A stretch of 63,662 bases of DNA, filler included, from Reclinomonas americana ATCC 50394 (lineage: Eukaryota), in assembly GCA_048213135.1 (NCBI GenBank). It is 7 parts of 6 records of this genome, joined end to end, with 100 filler letters (N's around TTAATTAATTAA, not from the genome) between each part and the next. Parts side by side here need not be neighbours in the genome. Positions count along the whole stretch, not along the records: positions 53,793 to 62,267 come from PS015820.1; positions 62,368 to 63,662 come from PS015824.1; 5 more parts are not named here. One strand, 5' to 3'. The translations under genes and the position numbers were made by a program. The notes under the pieces are model-generated. The model did not search any database, was not told the DNA's origin, and saw only the letters and a list, made by a program, of their open reading frames with translations. Shown here in pieces: positions 53,793 through 63,662 of this stretch. The first letter of the stretch is position 1, and each line of letters begins with the position of its first letter.

Positions 53793-56700
53793 GGTGGATG
53801 TACGACTTATGGCGAGGTACGTGAGGGAGTCACGCAGCAGATCGATCCTGCTGTACGGCCAAGGCGGATGTACGGTACAGCACGCCCACTCGCTCTCCCC
53901 CGCTCTCCCCACATGCTCTCCTCTTCTCGCTCTCCCTTCTTGCTCTCCCCACATGCTCTTCCTTCTTGCTCTCCCTTCTTGCTCTCCCCCTTCTCGCTCT
54001 CCCCCCTCGCTCTCCCCCTCTCGCTCTTCCTCCACTCGCTCTCCCCCACTCGTTCTCCCCCCTCTCTCTCCCCTCTCTCATTCTCCCCTCTCTCATTCTC
54101 CCTCTCACTCTCCCCTTTTTCGCTCTCCCCTTCTCTCCCCCTGTCGCTGCTCCCCTTGTCGCTGCTCTCCAGTCTCGTTGCTCCCCCTCTCGCTCTCCCC
54201 CTCTCGCTCACCCCCTCTCGCTCTCCTCCACTCGCTCTCCCCTTCTCACTCTACCCTTCTCACTCTCTCCTCTCTCATTCTACCCCACTCGCTCTCCCTC
54301 TCGCTGCTCCCCCTCTCTCTCCCCTTCTCGCTCTCCCCTCTCGCTCTCCCCCTCTCGCTCTCCCCTCTCGCTCACCCCCTCTCGCTCTCCTCCACTCGCT
54401 CTCCCCTTCTCGCTCTCCCCTTCTCGCTCTTCCCCTTCTCGCTCTTCCCCTTATCGCTCTTCCCCTTCTCGCTCTTCCCCTTCTCGCTCTCCCCTCTCGC
54501 TCTCCCCTCTCGCTCTCCCCCTTCTCGCTCTCCCCTTCTCGCTCTCCCCTTCTCGCTCTCCCCTTCTCGCTCTCCCCCTTCTCACTCTCCCCCTCTCTCC
54601 CCTATGCTCTCCCCCTCTTGCTTCTCCCCCACTTGCTTCTCCCCCTTCTTGCTCTCCCCCTTCCCCCTTCTCATCCCCAATCTCAGGGCCCTCTCAAGGG
54701 CGCCATTGAGATGCAACGCGACTCGGCCGTTCGTGTGGACGATGAAGAGACAGACGCGACGAAGCAACAATTCGCGTTCACTGTGCAAACCGCGCACCGT
54801 CTGTATCGTTTGCGTGTATCCTCGGCCGAGGAGCGCACCGAGTGGATCAATGCTCTCCGACATGCGCAGGTTTGGTGGTGATCTTTCCGTGTGCGTCTGT
54901 GTTTTGCATAACTTACTCACGCTGTCGACGACAGGAGCAACAAGTGGAGGACGACGTGCGTGAGCTGTACAACGGACTGTGTGCGGAGGAGGCACAGCGT
55001 GTGGGCCATGTGTTTGATTGCCCGTTCTGGATCCAAGTTCGTGTGCACTTGCTGTTTGCCTGGAGTGTCGAGCGACTTGCTCACGGAATGCTTTGGTAGA
55101 TCGACTGGTCCTCGGCGCCCTCGAGTCACGTGGTGACCACGCAAGCCAGCGAGCTGTTCTACGAGCACATTCAGAAGAACCTGCTGCCGGCCCTTCTGCA
55201 GCTTGCGGTTCGTGACACCTGTCCGCGCGCTCTCCCTTCCCCTTCTCACTTCCCTCCCTCCCCGCAGTCCCAGCAACGCGACAGCGTGCAACACGACTAC
55301 GATATGCGCACGATCCGCGAGGGCGTGCAAGGAGTGATTGTGCGCTGGCGCGAGGCCACCGAGACGCAGTCGACGTACGAGCCGGCCACCAAGACCCTCA
55401 CCGACATTTTCCCGTGGACCAAGACGACTCCGGAGTCGTTTGTCGCCGAGCTGCGCGCCAAGAGCGTGGTCATCGAGGCCGTGGCCAAGGAGACCGAGAA
55501 CCACGTGTCGAGTCGTTTGGCGTCGGAGTACGGATGCAACCTGGGCGCCATTGGTTCCATCACTGTGGCGGTGCGTCATTACAGAGTCGTCCATGGTGTG
55601 CTTGTGCCCACCTTTTCTTTGTTGCAGGTGGACCGCGAGTCTATTCGGCAGGCGCCGTATCCCACTCGCGCCGCCGGTCTGCTGCAACAGGCAGTGTCGC
55701 CCAATGTGACCAAGGCGCTGCAGCAGGCGGCCAACGAGGCCACCTCCATGATTCAGGCCGTACGCGAGCGCCTGCGTGGTGTTCGGTGAGACTTTTTGTG
55801 TGCTTCTGCTCTCCTCCTCGCAGTCTTTGACTCTCTGCCTCTGTCAGCATCTTCCACGTGGGCCCTCGCGCCTCTGCGCCGGCTCGTGTGTTTGTCGACA
55901 ACCGCACACAAGAGCTGCAAGTCCCCTTTAATGCCGTGCCGCCCATCACTTCGCCCTCCGGTGCCTTGTCGCCCTCAAGTGGCGGTGGCAGCAGCTCGTC
56001 TGCTGGACCGGACACGACATATGTGCCGACCTCGTTCGACATCAAGGAGGCGCTGCTGGCGGTGCGATTCACTCTTCTCCTTCTGCATTGTTTGGTTGAA
56101 AAGGCTGTCACTCAACTGTGTGCGTGACAGTGGTACCAGCTCGGCGTGGAGCTGAACACGCTGACATCGACTGTCATTCCACGCGTCTCTGCCGATCTTC
56201 GATCGATTCTCGGCGACGATGTTGCGTGTGCGCACTTCCATAGGCTGTCCTCTTCTCTCCGTCGCGTGCTGAGTTCGCGTGTGCAGTTTGTGCTGGAGGT
56301 CGACATTGACTCGTTCGTGTCGTCGGCGCGCCCTGTCGCCTGTGTCCGCTTCCTCAACGAGAGTCGCATCGAGCGGCTGCACCGCCTGCTGGTGGTGGAG
56401 GCCAACGACACCACCGGTGCAGAGGTGCTTCGGCAGCGTGTCAAGAAGCTTGTGTTCCGGTACTTGGACCATGGCTCCTGTGCGTCTGTTTTTCTGTGTC
56501 GTTGCCTCATGCGTGTTGTCACAGACACCGCCGACGTGACGATACCGACGAGTTCTTCAAGTTCAGCATGTCGGGCGTGCTGAGCGACATTATCGACGGC
56601 ACCAACCATCCGATTCAGTGTCAAAAGGTGACGTGAGCTTATGATTTATCGCTCTCTCTGTCTCTTCGATTGGGTGCAACTTTCTTGGCCTGCCATTGTA

Positions 56701-59700
56701 TCCCCTTCTTTTTACATTCCTCTTTCATGTCACTTGTGTCTGTTTTCCTCGCCCCCTTCTCTGCGCATGCACTGAGTGTCTCCCTTTACTTTTCTTCTCT
56801 TCGGCATTTACTCTTTTTCTTGCTCGGTGACTGCGCTCCACCTTTTCTGAGTGTCTCTCTTCTTTTGTCCCCTTCCCTGCGGCCTGTTCTTCTTCCGTAT
56901 TCGATGATTGCGCTTGCTTCTGTGTCTCTCTTCCGTTCCCCTTCTCCTCTCCGCGCCATTTGCCATCATTCTTGCTCGGTGACTGCGCTCCACCTTCAGA
57001 GTGTCTCTCTTCTCTTCACTCAGTCTCTGACATCTTATCTTTGCTCGGGGATCGCGCCTTTACAAGTGTCTCTCTTCCGTTCATCCATCCTCTCCACGCC
57101 ATTTACTCTCATTGTTGCTTGGCGACTGCGTTCCACCGTTACTGAGTGTCTCTCTTCACTGTACCCTCTTCTCTACGGCCTGTTCTTCTTTCGTACTCAA
57201 TGATTGCGGTTTCTCTCATGCCTCCCTTCCCTTCGTCCTCCTCTCCACGCCATTTGCTCTCATTCTTGCTCGGTGGCTGCGCATTCTCCCGCGTCTCTCT
57301 TCCGTTCACCCCCTCTTCTCTTTCTCGGTGCTCCACCTTTTCTGAGTATCTCCCTTCACTTCACCCTCTTCTCTACGGCCTGTTCTTGCTTTCTATCGTG
57401 CCTCCCATCCCTTCACCCTCATCACCCGCCTTTGCTTTGCCAGGACCACGAGATGCGCGGCATGCTGCGGCAGTGGCTCTCACTTGACACACGTCGCATC
57501 GAGGCCGAGTTGCGACAGATTCAATCTTCGTTCCAAGCAGCTGGCGCCTTGATCCACGGTCTCTACGACACGCAGCTGGAGTTTGTCGTTGCGTCTCGCG
57601 TTCTCCTCTCTCTCTCCCTCTCTCTCCCTCTCAGCACTCCATCTGCAGGTCGACGCCGACAGCTTCACACAACACCCCGACGGCATCGACGCACTGATCC
57701 TCATGCGCAACTCCGGTGTTGTCTCCGAGCTCACCCTCGCGATTCGTGCGGTGTTTGACGACGCCACCGACATCAAGTCGATTTCGAGCGCGGGTGGTGA
57801 CTATGCGACTCCGCACAAGACTGTGCGCCTGGTCGAGCGGCCGAGTCCGGCTGAAGAGCAGCAGATTCGCGACCACTCGCTGACCTTCCTCAAGGAGCAC
57901 CTGCGCATCGTGCGCATTGCGTTGCGTCTTATTTTCCCCCCTCATCACTTGTTCCTTTCCGTACTTTTGCTGACCCGGAATGTGTGTCGCACACGCAGTC
58001 TGGCACGCCCGCAGAGTGCCATGTCGCCGACCGGCAGCGGCCCTGGCGGACAGCAGGATACTGTTCGCTACCTGCGCGAGTGGCAGACTCTGCTCTTTAT
58101 GCTGCGCTTTGACGGTGAGAGCTGTTGTTTGAGCATCCTGCTGTCGATCGTGTGTGATCTGAATCGTTGGTCTCTTTCCGCAGAGGGTTCGGCGGAGCAG
58201 CAGCTGCTGAAGGAGGAGGGTCTCCTCGACGACATGATCACACCACGGACACTCTTGCCGCAGACGCCTCGCGTTCCAGGCGATTCGTCGTCGTCCATGA
58301 GTTGAGTGACCAAGGATCACTCGGCGATTTTGTGTCGCACGCTGACGCCCCTGTGTCGCACAGGCCCGCCCCCGCAGGTGGCTCGCAATCCCATGTTTGC
58401 CACCAAGAATCTGCTTTTCCCGCAGTCGGACGAGGTGCGCGCCGTCATTCTGCGCGACTGCCCCGTGCGCGAGAGCAAGTACATTTTCGCGCTGAGCGAG
58501 TTTATTCAACCACGGTGCGGTCGCGAGTATTCACACACACACCACGCCGTGTCTCCCATTCTCACTCGCCTCCTGTAATAGGTATGAGAAACAACTGAAC
58601 AACCTCCTCGGCATCCAGCTCTCCGATCCCGACGCCATCAGTCTGTCGGTTCGTCACCACCTCCTGTGTGTTGGGCTGGTGGGCGGCATCTGATTTTTTG
58701 TGTGTGCAGGTCCTGCTGGAAAGCATCTTGTACTCCTCGTCAGCCTCGGCGGCATCGACCAACGGCTCCGGCGGCAGCTCGTCGCGACAGCGTCGTCCTT
58801 CCGTACTTCGGCGCTCCCCGACAGCTCTGTCGCACGTGACGACACCGTCGTGGGCGGTGAGCGAGTACGAGCAGCCGCCGATTGCGCGCGAGGCCGCCAA
58901 ATCGCTTCAGCTGCTGACATCGTCGTGGGGCGAGAACGTCATTGGCGTGGCGCTCGCGTGCTTGCATCAGGTGCGCCGGCCTCTCTCTCCCCCTCCTCTC
59001 TCTCCTTCTCTCTTTCCCTCTCCTTCCCTCTCCCCCTCTCCTTCTCTCTCTCTCCCTCTCCTTCTCTCTCTTCCCCTCTCCTTCTCTCTCCCCCCCTCTC
59101 TCTCCTGTCCCTCACTGACCCCTCTCCCTCATGCGTGCAGGTCCGCGAGGATCAGCAATGCGGCAAGTATCTTACGGATCGATTACGGTCGCTGGATCTG
59201 GTCAATGTGCCGCAGGGTGCCAAGGGGCGCGTACGCTACTCGCTCATGACTCTGGACAAGGGCGTCGAGTCGCACATATTGTTGCGTGCTCTCAACGGCA
59301 CTTGCACTTTTTGTGCGCGTGCCGGCATGATCAGCTCACCATCCTTTTGGATGCAGAAATCTGATGCGAGGCGACGACCTAGCAGCCGACGATGGAGTGC
59401 GGAACAACAAGCGCATGTGTGTGGCGGTGTCGTTGGAGTCGGGACCGCGCGGCTGCTTCGACTCGGAGGACTTTATGGCGTTCTTGAGGGTGCGCCGCAG
59501 CACCACTTTTCATTATTTTTTCGTGTTCCTGTTCCCTCACCAACCGCCCTTGCCTGTTCTTCCACAGCAATTTGCCAACCAGAACCGGCGTATGCGGGAA
59601 ATTCTGCTGCAGGCACGCGAGCAAGAGGAGCAAAAGCTGTTGGCACGCGAACGCGAGGAGCTGCGACTGCGTGAGGAGGCGGAGAGACGACAGAAGCAAT

Positions 59701-61068
59701 TGTTGGATCTGGTGCGTCTCATTTGTGTTGCGTGTGTATGCTCCGCACACACCCACGTTTCGTTTTCGCCAGGAAACCAAGCTTCAGGAGAGGGAGCGAG
59801 CACTGGCACAGGAGGCGGAGCGACTGCAGCGTGAACGCGCCATGCCAGTGTCGTCCAGCAGTCCCGTGCCTGCTGTTGCGTTTCCCTCTATCTTCAGTCA
59901 CTCTTGTATCGATCTCACCTCCCCCCTCCAGGCCGCATCGCCAGTGGCATCGGAGGAGGCGGCAGCGTTGCGACGACAGTTGGCAGAGTTGCAGGAGAAG
60001 CACGACGTGCTGGCACGCAGGGTACCACATTTGGAGGCGACAGTGGCGCAACGCGATGCCGAGATTACAACCGTACGTGAGCAGTTGGCGGCGGCGACTT
60101 CCGCCTCCCACGCACGCGACGACGAAGTGGACAGTCTGCGCCGGGCATTGGCCGTGGCCGAGGCCTCCGCTGCCGCCGCGCAGACCAACGCTGCGGGAGC
60201 GTCGTCAGTGGTGGCTGCCAATGAGCAGATGAAGCAACTGATGCACGAGTTGGAGACTCGCTTGCGCGCCGCTCGTGGTGAGCTGGAGGCCGTGCGCACA
60301 GCCAAGGTGAGCGACAAGTGTCGTTCGTTTTTTTCGCAGTCCGCATTGACTCCTGCTCACGCGCCATTGTTGCAGGATGCACTCGAGTTGACTCGCGGCC
60401 GCGAGCGTGAAGTGAACGAGCATCGCATCAACGAACTCAGCACGCAGGTCGGCGCACTGACCGACCAGCTGGCCGAGTCGCGAGCCATTGGTGCCACACC
60501 CGAACGCCGCATGCGTCTGCTTGCCGATGGTGCGTGTGTATGTTGTCACTTGCTCTGTTTTGCGGAAAGGACTTCGACTCTGATTGTGCACACACGCAGG
60601 TCAAATATTTGTCAAGCACGGTCATCGTGGAGCTCCACATGCACGTTTCGTGCAGGTAAAGGGCATGAATTTGGTGTGGACCACACCCGATCGTCGCAAG
60701 GCCGAACGCAGCGTGTCGCTGGTCGGTGCCACCGTCAAGAGTGGCAACTCGGGCTCCGACATTCTGTCGCGTGCCGCAGTCTGTTTCGTCCTTCTCGTTT
60801 TCTATCCAGTCGCCTCGTACCGTGATCCTCACCATTGTGCACACACACACAGGCAACAAGATCACCCAGACATTTTACATCCAGACGGCGGACCGCACGG
60901 TCGATTTTGAGGCGGCCAATCACATTGTTCGCGAAGAGTGGGTGCAGGCGCTGCAGGCGGTGAGCGACAAACACACACGTACGCACAGAGCCAACAGCTT
61001 GCGCCTCACATTGCTGTTCTTTCGTGCAGCACATTACCGAGAACTCGCGGACCGTGCCACCGGCGTAA
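53793..61068 (+). CDS. Large protein with an N-terminal PH domain, a coiled coil and a C-terminal PH domain (5' truncated, about 22 introns)
   Basis: PH1 reads PLKGAIEM...FAFTVQTAHRLYRLRVSSAEERTEWINAL. PH2 reads GQIFVKHGHRGAPHARFV...RTVDFEAANHIVREEWVQAL. Stop TAA at 61066-61068. Confidence 0.75.
53890..54675 (+). repeat. Intronic pyrimidine minisatellite (about 14-15 nt unit, TCGCTCTCCCC(C/T)TC)
   Basis: Dozens of degenerate tandem units. The long ORFs called here are artefacts of the repeat. Confidence 0.85.
56700..57420 (+). repeat. Intronic degenerate tandem repeat (about 75 nt monomer, about 150 nt higher-order unit)
   Basis: CTTGCTCGGTGACTGCGCTCCACCTT occurs at about 56818 and 56970, with variants at about 57042, 57114 and 57263. 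CGGCCTGTTCTT occurs at about 56880, 57176 and 57376. Confidence 0.7.
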
Positions 61069-61207
61069 CAGCTTTACACTGACGTCTTTCTTCTCCCTGT
61101 CTTTCCTCCTTCCCCCCGCCTCCCCACTGTTTTTTTCTCGTTCAGTTAGTAAATGACAAAATGGAATGTTTTTTAAGTCTGTTTCTCTTTGCACACACAC
61201 ATGCACT

Positions 61208-62267
61208 TCACCAGAACGGACACCATCTGCGAGGATGCGACGAGGAAGCAAGTGAGCAAAGGGGGGCGGATGGGTGACACTCTCTCCACTGATTGACACT
61301 CACCCAATGTAACACTCGCACAAGTTTTCGTGGCTGCGTGCTTGCAAAATTAGTCGATCAACCTGCTCGGCGACGCCAAGTGGTTGCGCGTTAAAGTCGC
61401 GACCATTAAGTTTGTTGGTGATTCTCTGGATGACCGACATGGCCTTTTCGTTAATGTCCTCTTCGCGTGCACCCAGTCCCTCCTCGCCGTGCGCCTCGCG
61501 CAGCTCACGCTCGCGCACACTGCGTGGCATGTGTCCGAGGCTGCCCTCGTCTGTTTCCACAAAAAACACTCCGCTGTCAGCTTCCGGCACATGCAAAGGC
61601 GCTCACGTGTTCGCCAACGCAACGAGACGAGGCCATTTCCGCTTGCAACTCAGCCAGCGTGGGTCGCCCAGAGCTGGCACCACCGCTCGACACCATCATT
61701 CCGGCCAAACCGCCAGAGCCTGAGCCGCCGGCCACCGGCGTGCCCATGCTGCCTGAGGCTCCCGAGGCTCCGGAGCCGCCAGTTGAACTGTGTTGTGGTA
61801 CGTTCTTTTGCGTCAGCAGACGCCATGAGATCAGCGGGTCGTACACAAAGGCCTCCAGCATGGCCATGATGGAGTCCTGTTCACACACAAACAAACAGTC
61901 CCCTCTGTCAGCATCCACAATCCGCTTCACACACAACAACGACGGATAATGCATCACCTTGTTGTCGCGAATCACACGCATTACACTCTCGCACGTGCTG
62001 CGGAAGGTGCCCTCGATGCCGGACACCTGCAAGTGGCACACACACATTTGTGAGCATTGGAGCTTGAGACAGGAAGAGGGAAAAACCGGCACACGCACCT
62101 CCATGGCGTTGACCAGCATGCGCGTGAGGCGGAATGGGATCTTCTCTGGGTACTTTTCGCGCTTCATGGCCACCTCGAAGCAATCGCCAAAGTCAATGTG
62201 GATGACCTTGCCCGAGTGCCGATCGAGCAGCAGATTGGAGGGATGTCTGTCGCCGAGACCGAGAATA
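61208..62267 (-). CDS. TOR: Target of rapamycin kinase, kinase C-lobe plus FATC (5' truncated)
   Basis: [62 protein letters not shown] and [14 protein letters not shown]. Confidence 0.97.
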
Positions 62268-62396
62268 NNNNNNNNNNNNNNNNNNNNNNNNNNNNNNNNN
62301 NNNNNNNNNNNTTAATTAATTAANNNNNNNNNNNNNNNNNNNNNNNNNNNNNNNNNNNNNNNNNNNNTGTTGGCTCAAGGCGTGCTTGACGTGCAG

Positions 62397-63662
62397 TGAA
62401 ATCGCGTCCGAGTTCGACGTGGAGTTTGATGCGGCGGAGGCGCGGCGAGGCATGGAGATGCCCAACTTGATGGCCGACATTCCCTCCATCAATGGCGCAG
62501 AGTTTTTCCGACAGCCCGACCCGGTGGATGCGGCCGACGACGGTGACAGCTCACATGGCGGTGGTGGCGGTAGCGGGAGTGGCGGTGCAGGCAGTGGCAA
62601 TAGCGGTGGTGGTGGCGGCATGAGTGGTGCAGCGGGAAGTTGAGTGCAAGGAGAGGGCGTGATTGATTGCTTTCTTCAGCGATGCTCATCGGTGTCGCAC
62701 GGCCAGGTGGAGTCTTCCTGGCTCAGGCCCCGGCCGCCGTCAATGGAGCCAATGGCCTTCCACCGCCGCCGCCATATGTGCGTGCCGTGTACATGCGATC
62801 GGCAGATGCCGTTTTTCGTGTTGCTCACTCACTCTATTTCTCGACGCAATCCCACAGAGTGCCTCGGCCACCACCACAACGGCGACAACCATGCCTGCCT
62901 CGGCAGCTGCGGGGCATGTCATCTATCCGCCACCTCCGTACGCACCGGGGCAGCCACCACCACCACCAATGCCACCGTATGCGGCCGTCGGCCACGCCGG
63001 CATGATGGGCATGCCAATGATGATGCCGCCACCCGGGTTCGCCCCGCTTCCCGGCATGTACGTGGGCTACGGCATGCCGATGATGCCCGGCGGCGACATG
63101 GTCATGGTTGGTCACGGCGGCCCAGTGCCCTCGGAACCTCCGCCACCCTACATGGAGACGCCGGGAGGCAGTATTCCATCGCCGGGCCTGGGCACGTTTG
63201 GCGCCGACGATGGCGATGTCGCCGACGACGACGAAGACGACGACGATGATGACGGTGATGCCGATGATGGCGAGCGTGCTCGTCAGAGCGAGAAGCAGCT
63301 GTCGGCCGTGCAAGCCAGCCTGTCCGACATTCCATTCGCTCGTGGACCAGTTGCGCGCCACAACCTCGTTTTTCTGTGTGTGCTGTTGCACTGAGCTCAA
63401 TAATGTCGTCTCTGTGCACCACGTGTAGCCTCCGCCATACGCACCGCCGGGACCTGCAGTGCAGCCGGCTGCCACGGCCGGCTTTGTGCCGTCGGCGCCG
63501 TCGGCACCACCGGGTCACCAGCCGTATGCGTCGCCGGTGCCCGAACCCTTTGTGTCACAGCCGATCGCCGGTCGCGTCAACGCCTTTGCACCGCCACCAC
63601 CACGTCCAGTACAACCTCGACCGCCACCGGCTGCCGCCGCCGTTCCCGACAACGACTTTGAT
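62397..63662 (+). CDS. IST1: IST1 (ESCRT-III associated) homolog, internal fragment
   Basis: The fragment starts EIASEFDVEFD (end of the Ist1 domain), continues through a Pro-rich linker and ends VPDNDFD (start of the DFDDLxxRF MIM motif). Confidence 0.6.

Noticed and set aside
53794..54963. Long Ser/Pro/Leu-rich ORFs of 247-389 aa
   Set aside because: They are translations of an intronic CT minisatellite that lacks stop codons.
56700..57420. CRISPR-like array or Introner-type transposon introns
   Set aside because: The repeats are degenerate, lack unique spacers and have no cas genes nearby. Introns share only splice signals and microsatellites, with no family-level similarity, TIRs or TSDs visible.

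Overview
This is GC-rich, gene-dense, intron-dense eukaryotic DNA from a probably flagellated protist (CFAP57 and PIBF1 are present; the taxon cannot be assigned from sequence alone). It is not one locus: it is 7 contigs joined by artificial N44-TTAATTAATTAA-N44 linkers, so most ORF-track entries are splicing fragments. Reconstructing exons by eye gives about 26 genes, including the POLE C-terminus, an SPX-EXS protein (XPR1/SYG1), WDR89-like, FIRRM, PIBF1, INTS14, two intronless tandem ankyrin genes, VPS72, a Siw14/PFA-DSP phosphatase, a beta-propeller phytase-like protein, CFAP57, MATCAP, a bacterial-type deacetylase-like protein, RPP21, a PolX, a PH/coiled-coil protein, the TOR C-terminus and IST1. 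The main novelty is the splicing system. About a quarter of introns (manual count, roughly 45-50 of about 190-200) use a +1-shifted donor (GTTGCGT, GTTGAGT, GTTGTGT, GTTTCGT) alongside the normal GTGCGT/GTGAGT, mostly after exons not ending in G. There is also a predicted 1-nt exon in the Siw14 catalytic motif, an AT-AC intron lacking a clear U12 donor, and a GC-AG intron. Other highlights are a Pol-beta-like PolX missing two of three catalytic Asp, and a phytase/inositol-pyrophosphatase head-to-head pair whose ATGs are 58 bp apart. All gene models are manual predictions without transcript evidence.
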